A stretch of DNA of 64,000 bases from Camelus ferus (taxonomy: Eukaryota), in assembly GCF_009834535.1 (NCBI RefSeq), contig NC_045697.1, forward strand, positions 5,024,001 to 5,088,000. The letters are read 5' to 3'. Made by a program: the position numbers and the translations under genes. Of this stretch, positions 26,421 through 40,187 are shown piece after piece. The notes under the pieces were generated by a model. That model did no database searches. It saw only the letters and a list, made by a program, of their open reading frames with translations, and was not told the origin of the DNA. The first letter of the stretch is position 1. The number at the start of each line of letters is the position of its first letter.

Positions 26421-27629
26421 TGGTCTCAAAACGCTCTTCGTCCCCCCGTTTCTGATTCATTTTGGATTCTCCCTCCTCATTTCAGGGGGCCCTGTTGGAG
26501 CCGCCTGATGATTCCTGCTCCTCCTTCTCCACAAGGAGATGAGAAAGTGACCAGGACGTGCAGGCACCTCCCCTGGCCACTGGTGTTGGTTCACCAGGAC
26601 CCCTGGGGCTGTTCCCAGAATCAGTGTGTAGATGCTGAAAGTAAAATCTCTTCCTCTGGGTGCGCCAGGCTAGAGGCTGCAACTAAGGGCTGTCTAGACC
26701 CTGCTGCCCAAAGTGAAGATAAGACGCATCTGGAGAGTGAAGATGCAGGAAGTCAAGCAGGGCTGAGAGCTCAGAACACAGAGAGGCGCTGCCGGAGTGA
26801 GGGCTCCAGTCTGGGCAGAAGGGTGCTCCGTCCCTGAACTGCATGGGCAATGACTGTATTTTTTGATGGAAACTACTTAACATTGTATTTCCGTCCCTTG
26901 GAACTGAAACAGTCATCCGATACATCTTTCCACACATTTGCTCCTGGAGACAAGGATTCAGATGCTCAAAAATAAATGACAGGAATCAGTTATAATAGGC
27001 CACCTACAGATGCTCAATTTGTGCTCTAACAGTTGATGGACTATTGAAATGTTATGTTAATAACCAGTGAGTTCTGCACCCTCCATGCGCAGCTAAATAT
27101 TCCATTAGAACACTTTGGAGGAGAATACGAATCTTCAGGCGAGAAAGCTGCAGACCAGGATGAATTCTAAAGAGGAAATCCAAAATGCAAAGAGAACCAC
27201 AATGTAAACAATAACTTGGGTTATGGCTTTTTTTTCTTTTTTTTGGCTACAGATCCGTTTTCGCCCTGGGCCGTGGACTCTACACTCCCAAGGAGACTCA
27301 ATGTTATCGTTGGAGAACAGAGAAGGACCCTGCACGTATCCGTCTGTGGTTGGGGCCGCTCCACAGCTCTGTGCCATTGTTCTTCTTGCTTCTTCTTGGA
27401 CTGGAATTGTAACTATGCTCTCATGATAATGCGGCAAATTGTCAGGGGAAAGATGGAGATCATGAATGAGCAACCTACACTCAACTGCAGTAACACTGAT
27501 CATGGAGAAATCTGGGTAATTAGGCTCAACGTGCAGGACCAAAGAAGGACCGGAGCTGGGGAGGCACCACTGCTGGCCTGGATGTTGAAATAGGCCACCA
27601 TGCAGAACTCAATGTCTGTTACGTTTTTT

Positions 27630-28170
27630 AAAAAGATGTATTAATTTCCTACCTTATTCCAAAAAGGTTTAAAAATGACTTGCAAAATATATATAACACA
27701 CTACAATCAAAAACAAGTAAGCCACAGATCAAGTCAAAGAATAAAAAAGGTATTCAGGAAAGTGGATGCAGGTAAAAACACCCCAATTCAGGCCCAAAGA
27801 ACTTGCCTGCTTGCCTGACGTCGGCCATCAAGGTGTCTCTAATCTTTCCAGCAACCAGAGCAAAGTGAGAGACACAATCAGCTTTAGGATTCAAGGGTCA
27901 ATGTGAAAAAAACAAATCAATTGTTCATTTTTATGTTTAATATGTTTCTTGCTGACGTAGAAGCCAGAGGGAAATCTCTCCCATGGGATTCTTTAGAGAT
28001 GGCATTCTGCAACGTGAACAATGAGCCAGAGGAAATAGCTCTGAATAGAGTCATGCGTTTAACAGGGGATTTTTGTATGATGTTCCCGAAAGCAGACAGA
28101 ATGCATCAAAGTCCAACTCCAGAAAAGCGGTGCTTCATGGGGCAACAGCTAAGTGGTCTGGACATCATGT
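27630..28170. mobile_element. Possible L4 (RTE-X) ancient LINE fragment
   Basis: 'cctaccttattccaaaaaggttt' and 'ctctaatctttccagcaaccagagcaaagtgagagacacaatcag' resemble the recalled L4 consensus. Confidence 0.45.
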
Positions 28171-28571
28171 TCCCAGACGAACTTTCTTAATAAAAGGATA
28201 AATTTAGAGAACGCTGGCGAATGCCCTCAGGGGCGACGTCAGAAATGCAGTTAGTTGCACGTGCACACACCAAGGAGCACCCTGTTGGCTTCCCGCGCAC
28301 CCAGCCCAGTACCAGAAGCTGGAATCCAGGGGGAGAAGTTGCCCCACACAGTTCATGGGAGTTTGGGACAATCATAAGGGATGGAGTTTGATGTCCTGTG
28401 CCGTGACAAGTGGCCCGGACGATCCACTCCTGAAGATCCTCTTTTGCCCCGGGCCCCGGACCCTACATCCCCAAGGAGACTCTGTTGTCACTTTCTTACC
28501 CCTACCTGCTCACCCACGATGTCCCTAGTCCCACCTCTACCCTGGGCCATCATCCCCTTCTCGGATTAGAG

Positions 28572-28786
28572 CAGTGGTTTCCAACCAGGGGCAACTTTGC
28601 TTCCATAGGGACATTTGACCATGTCTGGAGACATTCTGGTTGTTATAACTGGGTGGGGGCGATTCCTGCTGGCACATAGTGGGCAGAGGACGGGGGCGCT
28701 ACTAAATATCCGGCAGTGGTCAGGACGCTCCACCACAAAGAATGATCTGGCTCAGGTGTCCACGGTGCTGAGGCTGAGCAACGCCG
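28572..28786 (+). mobile_element. MER20 (hAT-Charlie DNA transposon, non-autonomous)
   Basis: 'cagtggtttccaaccaggggcaactttgc...agggacatttgaccatgtctggagacattctggttg...ccacaaagaatgatctggc...gtgctgaggctgag'. Degenerate 8-bp flanks gattagag/gagtagtg. Confidence 0.9.
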
Positions 28787-28879
28787 GAGTAGTGGGTGCT
28801 CCCGCTCCTAGGAGCCTTCCCCAGCTCTGGAGGACTGAGCTGGGTGACCCTCTTTTTGTTCCTTTGCGCCCTGTAGCAG

Positions 28880-29090
28880 TTATCACCGATGTGGGGCCCA
28901 CCGCGTGCCAGGCACTGCTCTGCGTGCTTTGTGTATGTAACTCGTTTCAGCCTCCCAGCGGCCCGCCGCGGTAGGCGTTACCATGACCTGCCTTTGATCG
29001 ATGTGGACACTGAGGTTCCGTGAGGCGACAGAACAGCTCCCAGGTAACAAGACAGCCCAACTCCAGAATCTAGAATTCCCGCACGAGGCT
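28880..29090 (-). mobile_element. MIR SINE
   Basis: 'gtgccaggcactgctctgcgtgctttgtgtatgtaactcgttt...gatgtggacactgagg'. Confidence 0.75.
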
Positions 29091-29744
29091 CTGGGAAGCA
29101 CTTCCTCATGGCACAAGGGACCCTCTCTCTCCTGCTCTCTTCTCTCTGCCAGGCAGCCAACGGTAGGCCACAGGGACCCGGCTTGTTGAGTTTTGTCCCC
29201 CCTGCATTTAGCACAGACCCACTCAGGAATGAAGGGGTCACAGACACCCAAAATACCCCGTCTGTGTCGGTCTGTCAATCTGCAGGGCTGAAGGGTGGAG
29301 GAGGGGAAGGTAGCACACAGAGGGAGACGGGAGGTGAGGGTTGACGGGGAGCGAAGCCCTGCATCGGTACCGGGTCCGCATGCTGTTCATGCTACTGCTT
29401 CCAGGAGCTTCCTTTGTCTCTGCCCTCTTGTCACAAAGACCGTGCTCTCCCATTAGCTGACGGTGCCTCTGGTAGACTCTCTCCACAGCTGTCTCACTCC
29501 CGCGCAGGAAGCAGGTGTGATCTATGTGACGAGCACGGGGAAGGAGTTGTGAGTGTGCTCAGCTCGGCCCCTCTGCTGTCCCTCCGGGCTTCCGGATCTG
29601 CTTTGCCTCTTGCCAAGCCAGGGGCCAGATTGTAGAGTGGGGTCCTGCGGGTGTCCCCTATTTCCTTGGGGGTGATTCCACTTCAAAGCTGAAGTGTTAG
29701 CAAGCCCTTCTGGATGCAGAACTAAAGCCAAGTCTATATATAAA

Positions 29745-30235
29745 CGTATGGAATATATTATATACTACTCAGCCACAACGTGAATGAAATAATGCCGCTT
29801 GCAGCAACACGGCTGGACCCAGAGGTTACCACGCTAAGTGAAGTCAGTCACACAAAGAAAGATAAGTATCACATAACATCACTGGAATGTGGAATCTAAA
29901 AAATTGATTCAAATGTACTTATTTACAAACTAGAAACAGACCCACAGACACAGAAAACAAACTTTTGGTTACTGGGGGTGAGAGGGAGTCGGGGGTGAAG
30001 GGAGAAATTAGGAGTTTGGGGTTAATATACACACACTACTACATATAAAGTAGATAAACTACAAGCACCGACTGTATAGCACAGGGAACTATACTCAGTA
30101 TCTTGTAATAACCTATAATGGATAAGAATCTGAAGAAAACAAATATAATGTATACACATCACTGAATCAGCATGCTGCACACCAGAAACTAGCACACCGT
30201 TATAAATCAACTATCCTTCAATAAAAATTTTTTTC
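29745..30235 (+). mobile_element. L1 3'UTR fragment (artiodactyl-type)
   Basis: 'gctaagtgaagtcagtcac', 'ctgtatagcacagggaactatactcagtatcttgtaataacctataatgg' and AATAAA near 30219. Confidence 0.88.
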
Positions 30236-31824
30236 AGAAATACATAAAAGCTGTATTTATGCTTGATAAGCTTTCCAGTAATAATATAAAAATGTGCTCC
30301 CACAGCAAAGAACTAAAGCCAAGGTCGTCAGTAACTGTGCCAGCAACAAAACTGACACTCTGACCTCCATGACCCCCACGTCTGTCTCTCAACTGGTTCC
30401 AAACTCACGTAGGAAAAAGAGGTGCCATTTGGAGACCCCCACCGCGGGCCCTCCAGGCGTATCCCTGGGAGGGGGACTTAAAGGACACCGAGGCCAAGAG
30501 AGGCTGACTTGTCTCCAGTCACCAGGTCAGGTTCCTCCTCCCACAGTGCGTCACGTCCTCTGCCACCAGCCTCGGGAGGCGCGCACTACAGGGCAGCCAC
30601 GTTACCCAGGCGTGAAAACGCAGGTGAGCACACAGGAGAGAGGTGGTGTGTACGTGGGGAAACATCCGAGTGAGGACACAGCACTCAGTGCCCCCTCGCT
30701 TCACCTCACCTTGCCCAGCGCCTGGACCCTGGAGACCTTCAACCAGCTGCGTGCTGTTAATGGCGGGGGAGGCTTGGAAAGCAAAGGGACCTTCTGCAGG
30801 AAACCCCAGACCTTTCTTAGTCTTCCTGCACTGCGATGCCACTTGACCATTTAAAACATATGCCTTTCTCCACTTCTTAAGACAAAGGAGCCAAGTGCCC
30901 AGAGATGACTCTGTGGGACAGTCATTCTGGAAGCCCTTGCGGCAGGACAAGCCACATGTCTGATTCGTCTCCCTGAGTCCTTACTGTGTCCACCCACAGG
31001 GACAAGGAGCCAAGCATCTCCTGAGACCATTTCCTGTCCAATTCGATCTCTGATGGGGAGCAGACAGAGAGTGGTCCCCTCACCATGCTCACTTCCAGTG
31101 ATTCTCAGAGACTTAACACCCAGCAAGAGAGGAGCTAAAAACACTCTCTTAGGCTACGGAAATCCAAGAATGGGCTGCCGAGCCTTCCATCAGCTCACAG
31201 CAGACAAATAAAAAGGAATTTATCAAACTTGAATTGTGCTTCATACATATGCCTTTAACAACATGCACAACAATAAGCCAGGTTTTTTATTATTATTATT
31301 CGATTTGAGCTACAAGAGTCTTCAAGCCATTCCAACATGCTGACCCTCGGTGCTCTGGCTCTGTCTCTGTCTCTGCCCAGGAAGTCAAATGTGGCTGGTT
31401 GGCTTCCATCTGCCTCCCACAAGCCAAGTACCAGGAAGGGGAGACTCTCACATGCCATCCAGCTCTCCAGGAGGTTTAGGGCAGGAGAAATCACAGGATG
31501 ATGCAAAGGCAAGATGCAAGTCCACGTCCCTCCCCATCTGCCAGCTACACAGCAGGTTCTGCAGACTCTTAAGTGCCACCCCTCTGCAGAAATGCTGAGC
31601 ACTGTTCTTGTGGCTTGTTTCATTTAATTTATAAATTAAATTTACGCTTGCTTCTGCATACCTCTAAAGGTTTTGCAGTGTCTAACTAATGAAGACAGAT
31701 GGAAGCGACGGAGAGGAGAAACGCGGAACAAGGGAGAGGTGAATGTTTTGTTCATGTGGACAAGCTGATTGCGAGCACGGAGCAGTAGCTCCGACCTTCT
31801 GTGCAGGGCAGAGAAGGCTGTACT

Positions 31825-33030
31825 TGTGACAGATACTGGCCTGCAGTTTCCTTTCATTGCACTGTCTTTAATCTGCCTTTGGTATCAGGGTAACACAAGT
31901 GTCATAGAATGAACTGGGAAGTGTTCACTTCTCATCTGTTTCCTGAAAGAGACTATTGAGAATTGGTGTTAATTTTTAAAATATCTGTTAGAACTTTCTA
32001 GTGAAACTATCTAGACACAGAATTTCATTTTTCTGGAGTTCTAACTTTGAATTCAATTTACATAAGTTACAGGATTATTTAAGTTAATTTTTTCTTGGTT
32101 AGGTTTTGGTAGTTTCTAGATTTTGAGGAATTGGTCCCTTTCTTCTAAGCTATCAAACTTATGAGTATAAAGTTGTTCAGATAATAATTCCCATATTATC
32201 CTTTTAAGGCTGCATAATCTGTAGTGATAGCCTCTGTTTCACTCTTGATTTTCATAGTTTCATAGTGTGTTCTCTCAGTTTATATTTGTCAGCCTTGTAA
32301 GAGTATTATCCATTTTTTTTTTTTTTTGGAAGAACCAGCCTGTAGTTCCATTGATGTTTTTTCTACTGCTCTCCCATTTTCAGTTTCATTGATTCTACTC
32401 TATTTCTTTCTACTAGCTTTGAACCAGTTTATTTTTCTCATTTTTCAGTTTTTTGAGATCAAAACTAGATTATTAATTTGAGACATTTCCCCTTTTCTAA
32501 TGTAAGCATCTGGAGCTATAAATTTCCCTCTCATCACAGCTTTAGCTGAATTTGAACCTACACATTTTGATATGCTGTATTTCCATTTTCATTCATGTGT
32601 ATGCATTTTATTTCTTTTGAGGCTTATTCTTTAACCCAAGGATTATTAGAGTTTGTTTAATTTCCAAGTACTTGAAGATTTTCCTGTTCTTCTGTTACTG
32701 AATCCTAGTTGGGTTCCATTATGGCCAGAGTGCAGACTGTCACGATTTCATTTTTTTCAAGTTTGTTGAGGTTTGCTTTATGAACCAGGAATTGATATAT
32801 TTTTGTGAATGTTCCATGGACACTTGAAAAAAAAAAAGAAGTTCTTTCTGCTGTTATTTGGTGAAATGTTCTTTAAATGGCAATTGGGTAGTTCAGTTCT
32901 TTTATATCCCTGCTGACTTTCTGTCCAGAACTTCTATCAACTGCTAGTAAGTCCCCAACTATAACTGTGGATTTTTTTATTTCTTCTTTCAGTGCTATCG
33001 ATTTTTATTTCATTTATTTTGAAACGGCAG
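31825..33030 (-). mobile_element. Ancient L1M ORF2 fragment
   Basis: 'tttggtatcagggtaa...catagaatgaactgggaagtg', 'gctataaatttccctctc' and 'ccaactataactgtggattt'. Confidence 0.8.
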
Positions 33031-33971
33031 TGATTGAATCATGTATGACATATTATTTGAATCATTTTAATACAGTATCCTATATCATATCATCATGTAT
33101 ACATTTTATTTAATATTTACAAAGTTTATCTATCTCTTACTGAGTCTCATCATGGTTGTTTTTACTTTTCCCTTGTTGTAAGTCATGCTGCAGAGACTCT
33201 CCAGATATTTCTTCTTGTGCTCACATGTGCAGGATGGTTTATTAAACAAGTATTCACTGAGCACCAGCCATGTGTCAGACTCTGGTCTAGGGGCTTCAGT
33301 TACATAAGTAAACAACAGAAATTGTGTTCCTGCCTCTGTGGGATTATCTAAAGTGAACTCTGCAACTAGCACAGTGGGCCGCACATAGGAGGGGTTAAGG
33401 CATGCTGATTATAAGAATGAGAAGCTACACGAATAAAGCTCACCTGCTGATGTTAAACATACTGAGTGATTAACTTGTATCACATCCTTACTCTTACAAT
33501 ACTTGCAACAACTCCAGGGGAGTACACAATTATACCTATTTTGCTAAGGCCTAAACAGGCACCTAGAGAGCTTAGCTAACTTAAAGTCATGGTTCTGCGT
33601 CAGTTGTACATCCATGTGGAGAAAGATGAATTCTCACTAATACTGCATATCACACACACCTATCAATTTCAGATGGATTATAGATCTCAATGTGTAAAGT
33701 AAAACCATGAAGCCTCTAGAAAAAAATAAAGGCAAAGATTTTCATGACTTTGGTGGAGACAATTTCTAAAAAGTATATTAAAAGCACTAATCATAAGAAT
33801 GCATTGCTAAATTGTATTTTATTAAAATTAAGAACTTCAGTTCTCAAAAATACACAGAATAAAAACGGGGTTATAATGTTAACAACTGGATCTATGTTTA
33901 AAGCATATGCAATTCTTCATAATATTTTTGCAATTTTTGTAACTTTGAAATTATATCAAAATAAAAATTGC

Positions 33972-33974
<3 letters not shown>

Positions 33975-34034
<60 letters not shown>
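33975..34034. repeat. (CA)n microsatellite
   Basis: About 30 uninterrupted CA units. Confidence 0.97.
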
Positions 34035-34036
<2 letters not shown>

Positions 34037-34059
34037 TGAGACTGCTTTAACTTAAAATT

Positions 34060-34546
34060 TTAATTATTACCCTCAGGGCAACAAGTAAGAAATTAACTCA
34101 AAGATATAATAAAAGAAGTAACAAGGACATTAAAAGAGTATGCTAGAAAGTATTGGTTTTACACAAATGATGGAGGTAATGGAGGAATAGAGGGGAAAAA
34201 ACATAAGACATTTAGAAAAAAATAGCAAACTGGTACATGTAAATACTATCTTATCAGTAATTATATTAATGCAAACAGACTAAACAATACAATTAAAGGG
34301 CAGAGATTGGCAGCATGGATTTTTTTAAAAAATGATCCAATGACATGCTGTTGACAAGAGACAAATTTTAGATTCAAAGAAATAATTAGGCTTAAAGTAA
34401 AATAATGGTAAAAGTTTAAACATACAAACAGTAATCAAAAGAGAGTTGTAGTGACTATACTGTACCAAAATAGACTTTAAGATTAAAATTGTTTCTAGAA
34501 ACAAAGAAATATATTTTATAATGATAAAACTGTCAATCATTCAGGA

Positions 34547-34579
<33 letters not shown>

Positions 34580-36930
34580 TGTATACACATATGTGTATAT
34601 ATAACATTACAGATATATATGTACCTAAAAACAGAGCCCCAAAACACATGAATCAAAAACTGACAGAACTGAAGAGAAAAATAAGCAAGCTGACAGTAAT
34701 AGTTGGAGACTACAACACTCCGCATTCAACAGTGTATGCAAAGACTAGGAAAAAGATAAAGGAATAGAAGACTTGAATTACTTTACACAGCAGAAAACCA
34801 AAACAAGCAAGCAAGCAAACAAAAACACTAACATCTATAGAAAACCCCAAATAATAATAGCAAAATACACATTCTTCTGACATAAACATGAAACGTCTGC
34901 CAGGATAGACCATATGTTAGACCACAAAACAAGTCTCAACAAGCTTAAAATGACTGAAATCATGTAAAGTATGTTCCCTGATGACAAAGAAATAAAGTAA
35001 GGTCTCAATAATAGGAGGAAATTTTGAAAATTCATCAATATGTGGAAATTAAATAACACAATTCTAAACAGCCAGTGGGTCAATGAAAAAAATCCCGAAG
35101 GAAATTATTTTTAAATTTATAAAAATAAAACATTTTGAGGTGAATGAAAACAAAGCTGCAACGTATAAAAAGTGGATAAAGCTCAAGTAGTGCTTAGCTA
35201 TAAACACTTGTATTTAAAGAGAAGAAAGATCTCAAATCAACAGCCAAACCTCTACTTTAAGAAAACAGAAAAAGAAGAGTGAAATAAACACTAAGCAAGC
35301 AGGAGGGAAAAAAATCATTTAAACATTTAGAAATAAATTTAACAAAATAAGTACAAGACTTTTACACTGACTATTACAAAACATCATTGAAAGAAATTAA
35401 ACAAGACACAAATAAATGGAAATGTTCATGGATCAAAAGACTAAATACCAAGAAAACAATACTCCTCAAGTTCATCTGGAAATTCAGCACAATCCCTATC
35501 AATAGTCCAGCTGCAGGTTTTGCAGAAATTGCAAACATACTAAAATTTACATGTGAATGCAAGAAACACATAATAAGCAAAACAATCTTTCCAAAGAACA
35601 AAGTTAAGGGATTTACCCTAACATTTTCAAACTTATTATAAAGCTACAGTAACCAAGACAGCACAGTACTGGCACGAGAGACACATAGATCAATGTAAGA
35701 TAATTGAAACTCCAGAGGAAAAAACCCTTTACATTTATGATCAATTGATTTTGATAAGAATGCTAAGATAACGCAATAGGGGGAAAAATAGTCTCTTCAA
35801 TAAATGATGCTGGAACAATTGAATATCCACACGCAAAAGAATGAAACAACCCTTACCACACACAAAAATTAACTCAAAATAGGTCACAGACCTAAGTGTA
35901 AAGATAAAACTTTAAAACTCAGAAAAAGCCACAGGTATAGATCTTCATGATCTGATCACTGGATTAGGCAAAGATTGCTTAGATATGACACCAAAAGCAC
36001 AAGTAACAACAACAACAACAAAATAGATAAATTGGATGTTATCAAAAGTAAAAGCTTCTGTGCCTTGAAGCATACCATCAAAAAACTGAAAAGACAACCC
36101 ACAGAATGAAAATTATTTGCAAATCATGTATCTTATTAAGCACATTTATTCAGAATAGAGAACTCTTACAATTCAACAATAAAAAGACAACTCAGTTTAA
36201 AAATGGGCAAAATATCTGAACAGCCATTTCTCCAAAGAAGATATAAAGATGGCCAACAAGTACATGAAATGATGGTATTAGTAGTCATGAGGGACATTTA
36301 AATCAAAATCACAAGAAGATACAGTTCCACACTCTTTAGAATGGTTACAAAGAAAAAGATGGATAATAGGACACATTGACAAGGAGATGGAGAACCTTCA
36401 TACGTTGCTGCTGGGAATGCAAATGGTGTTGCCACTGGGAATAACAGTCTGGCAATTCTTCAAAATATTAAACAGAGAGTTACTGCATGACCCAACGCTT
36501 ACACTCCTGGATATGTGCCCAGACAACTGAAAACATAGGTCCATCCACACAGAAACCTGTACACAAATGCTCAGAGTAGCATTATTCAACATAGGCAAAA
36601 ATGGAAAAAAACCAAATGTCCATCAATGGATGAACGGATAAATAAAATGTAGTCAATCTACATAATGGAAGGCGAATCAGTCATAAAAAGGAATGAAGTA
36701 TTGACCCATGTCACACTATGGATGAACCCTCAAGTATTAGGCTAAATGAAAGAAGTCGGTCACCAAGGCCACATATTGTGTGGGTTCCATTTTTATGGAA
36801 TAGGCAAGTCCATAGAGATAAAAAGCAGATTAGTGGTTTCTAGGGACCAGGGAGAACCGGAACTAAAGACTGACGCTTAACAGATATAAGATTTCTTTTA
36901 GGGGTGATAGAGATGTTCTAAAATTAGATA
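34060..36930 (+). mobile_element. L1MB-type element: inter-ORF region, ORF2 endonuclease, internal deletion, ORF2 C-terminus and 3'UTR
   Basis: EN remnants ('YVPKNRAPKHMNQKLTELKRKISKLTVIVGDYNTP'), C-terminal remnants ('KEIKQDTNKWKCSWIKRLN') and an L1MB-like 3'UTR. Jumps at ~35315 across the RT region. Confidence 0.85.
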
Positions 36931-37528
36931 TGTGTTATATATATATACATATAAAAATCTCTGGAATTATATTCACAAGACCGATGACTGTTATCTGGGC
37001 AGGATCACCAGATGGCCTGGTTTCAGGACCAAAAGAAGGAATTTTCACTACATACCCTTTTGCTTTATGAGCCATATGAATACATCCCTTCAAAAGTGAA
37101 TAAAATTATATTAGGTTCATCCATTTAAACTGAAAGAAAAGTGAGCAAGAGATTTGAAGAGGTGCTGTGCATGTGTGTGTATATATAAACACACACACAT
37201 GTACACAGTGTTCAGTCTCATGAGAGAATGCAAATCAAAATGAAAATGTGATTTCTCATCATACTCAAAACAAAAAAAAGGCTAAAATAAGAACTACTGA
37301 CAATGTTAGGAGTTGCTGAAGGTGTGTATCACCCTTGACTCTCATACATTACTGGTTGGAGTGTGAACTGGCCAACCACTTTGGAAAAGTATGTGGTAGT
37401 TTATCTACTCAGGCTGACGTATGTATGCCCAATTATCCAGCAATTTCTTTCCTCTGTATCTACCCAGCAAAAATGCTCACCAAAATACATGCAACAAAAT
37501 ATTCCTACCAAGAGTATTTGATTGTGAG

Positions 37529-37903
37529 TGCATGAGTTTGCAGGGATACCTTAACAAAACCCCATAGATAGGGTGGCTTAAACAACAGAAATTTATTCTC
37601 TCATAATTCAGCAAGGTTGGACGTCTGAGATCGAAGTGTTGGTCTGAGGTCTCTCTCGTCGGCTTGCAGATGACTGCTTTCTCCCTGTGTCCTCACATGG
37701 TTGTCCTTCTGTGTGTATCTGTGTCCAAATTCCCTCCTTTCATAAGGACACCAATCAAATGGATTAGGATCCACCTTAATGACCTAATTTAACCTTGCTT
37801 ACTTCCTCAAAGACCCTATCTTTGAAATCAGTCACATTATGAGGTACTAGGGGTTAGGACTTCAATACATTAATTTTGAGTGGACACAATTCAGTCCAAA
37901 ACA
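37529..37903 (-). mobile_element. MLT1A/MLT1A0 solo LTR (ERVL-MaLR)
   Basis: 'ggtggcttaaacaacagaaatttattctctc', 'ataaggacacca...ggattagg' and 'tgaggtactaggggttaggacttcaa...gacacaattcag'. 5-bp TSD gtgag/atgag. Confidence 0.92.
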
Positions 37904-38729
37904 ATGAGTAAGGCTGAGGATTTATCCACAGATCCATTTTCCACTTGGGCCTTGTCCTCTGTGCACTGCTAGTTCTTATTTATTGTCCATTCATGTATAG
38001 GGCTGTTTGATCCTTTGTTAGTTATTTGTAAATGCTATTTATACATTGGAGACTAACCTTTTGACATTTTTATATCCTGATAATACCTTGTCCAATCCAG
38101 TGCTCTGACTGTTCATTTTGTTTCATTCAGAGTTCTATTACCCTGCATCAGCTTAAACTAGTTAATTGAGTCTTACTGTCCCTTTGATCTGTCTCCCCAT
38201 TAGAGAGGTGTGAGTCTCTCACCATATATTTGACTTATTTTCCTTATAATTCCAGCAATTTTTAAAAACATTTTTTAATTGAATTACAGTCATTTTACAA
38301 TGTTGTGTCAAATTCCAATGTAAGCACAATTTTTCAGTTATACATGAACATACATTCATTGTTACATTCCCTTTCGCTGTGAGCCACCACAAGATCCTGT
38401 ATATATTTTCCTGTGCTACACAGTACAATCTTTTTATCTATTCCACATTTTGAAATACCAGTCCCTTCCCACCCCCAGTCCCGTGGCAACCACAAGTTTG
38501 TATTCTATGTCTACAAGTCTGTTTCTGTTTTGTATTTATTATTTTTTTTAGATTCCACATATGAACGATCTCATACAGTATTTCTCCTCTTTCTGGCTTA
38601 CTTCACTTAGAATGACATTCTCCAGTAACATCCATGTTGCTGCAAATGGCGTTATATTGTCAGTTTTTATGGCTGAATGGTATTCCATTGTATAAATATA
38701 CCACATCTTCTTTATCCAGTCATCTGTTG

Positions 38730-38871
38730 GTCCTTCTTCTTAAAGTGGGTCTCTTGTATGCAGCATATGGAAGGTTCTTGTTTTATTATCCAGTCTGCCA
38801 CTCTATGTCTTTGACTGGAGCATTTAGCCCATTAACATTTACAGTAATTAATGATGTGTGTTTATTGCCAT
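38730..38871 (-). pseudogene. L1 ORF2 N-terminal remnant (endonuclease start)
   Basis: With frameshifts reads MAINTH..ITVNVNGLNAPVK.HRVADWIIKQEPSICCIQETHFKKKD, then joins 3'-end sequence CAACAGATGACTGGATAAAG. Confidence 0.88.
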
Positions 38872-39284
38872 TTTGAACTTCTTTTTGCATTTAATTTGGT
38901 ATTTCCTCTTTGTTCCTTTCTTCTTCCTTTTGTGGTTTGGTAATTTTCCTTTGTATTATCTTGGATTTTATTTAGTTTTTGTGACTAACTTGTAAGTTTT
39001 TGGCTTGTGGTTACCCTTTTTTTGTAAGCCTATTAACCTATTACTATAACTGTTTGTACTAAACAGATAGTAATATAATCTCAAACCCATCCTACCGAGA
39101 ACAAAAAAATTTTAAAAAAAAGAAGAAAAAAAATATTCCATATTTTCTTGCTTCCATCTCCCACTCTTAATGATTTAGATGTCTTCTTTTACAATTTTGT
39201 GTTTATTCTATTTGTAATTCATGGTAGTTATCAACTTTCCAGTTACGAGTTTCTCATTTTTGTAGCATCCTGCTTCATTTCTAT

Positions 39285-40187
39285 TTATAGTAGACCTGTC
39301 AATATTTCTTTTAGCATGGGTTTAGTGTTGCTAAACTCTTTTTAGTTTTTGCTTGTCTGTGAAGTTCTTTATTTCTCCTTCTATCCTAAAGGATAGCCTT
39401 GCTGGATAGAGTATCCTAGGCTGCATCTTTTTTTCATTCAGGACTTTGAATATATCTGCCACTCCTTTCTGGCCTGTAGTGTTTGTGTAGAGAAATTAGC
39501 TGAGCGCCTTATGGGGGTTCCCTTGTAACCCACTCTTTGTTTTTCTCTTGCTGCCTTTAGGATCATTTCTTTATCCTTGACTCTGGCCATCTTGATTATG
39601 GTATGTCTTGGTGTGGGTCTGTTTGGGCTCTTCCTGTTTGGGACCCTCTGAGCCTCCTGTACTTGGATATCCAATTCCTTCTTTAGGTTTGGGAAGTTTT
39701 CAGTCATGATTTCTTCAAATACCTTCTCAATCCCCTTTGTTCTTTCTTCCCCTTCTGGAACCCCTATTATGCGTAGATTGGCATGCTTTATATTATCCCA
39801 TAGGTCCCTTATATTGTTTTCATTGTTTTTTATTTGTTTTTCTCTCAGCTGTTCTGATTGGGTGCTTTCTGTTGTCCTGTCTTCTAGGTCACTTATTCGT
39901 TCCTCTGCATTATCTAGTCTGCTTTGTACAGCCTTTAGGTCAGCTCTCAGCTCAGCCAATGAGTTTACCAATTCTACTTGGCTCTTCTTTATAGCTTCAA
40001 TTTCATTTTTGACATATTTTATATCTCTAAACACTCTCTCTTTTAGTTCCTTCAGTACTTTGATCAGTCCTTTTTTGAAATCTTGATCTAGTAGGCCATC
40101 AATGTCTATTTCATTGATCGTTCTTTCAGGGGATTTCTCTTGCTCTTTTAATTGGGAGTGGTTCCTCTGCTTCTTCATACTGCTCAT
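39285..40187 (-). pseudogene. L1 ORF1p (RNA chaperone), frameshifted near the C-terminus
   Basis: 249-aa ORF with coiled coil, 'NLRIIGVPEGEE', 'ENFPNL', 'EAQRVP' and 'ILKAAREK'. After frameshifts it continues 'MQPRILYPARLSFRIEGEIKNFTDKQKL..FSNTKPMLKEILTGLL*' (stop at 39285-39287). Confidence 0.92.

Noticed and set aside
30294..30950. Long overlapping ORFs (186 aa plus strand, 143 aa minus strand)
   Set aside because: No recognisable domain. Composition is typical of chance ORFs in GC-rich intron.
39438..40187. 249-aa ORF read as a domesticated host gene (L1TD1-like)
   Set aside because: It sits inside a TSD-bounded L1 and has two frameshifts in the C-terminal domain, consistent with neutral decay.
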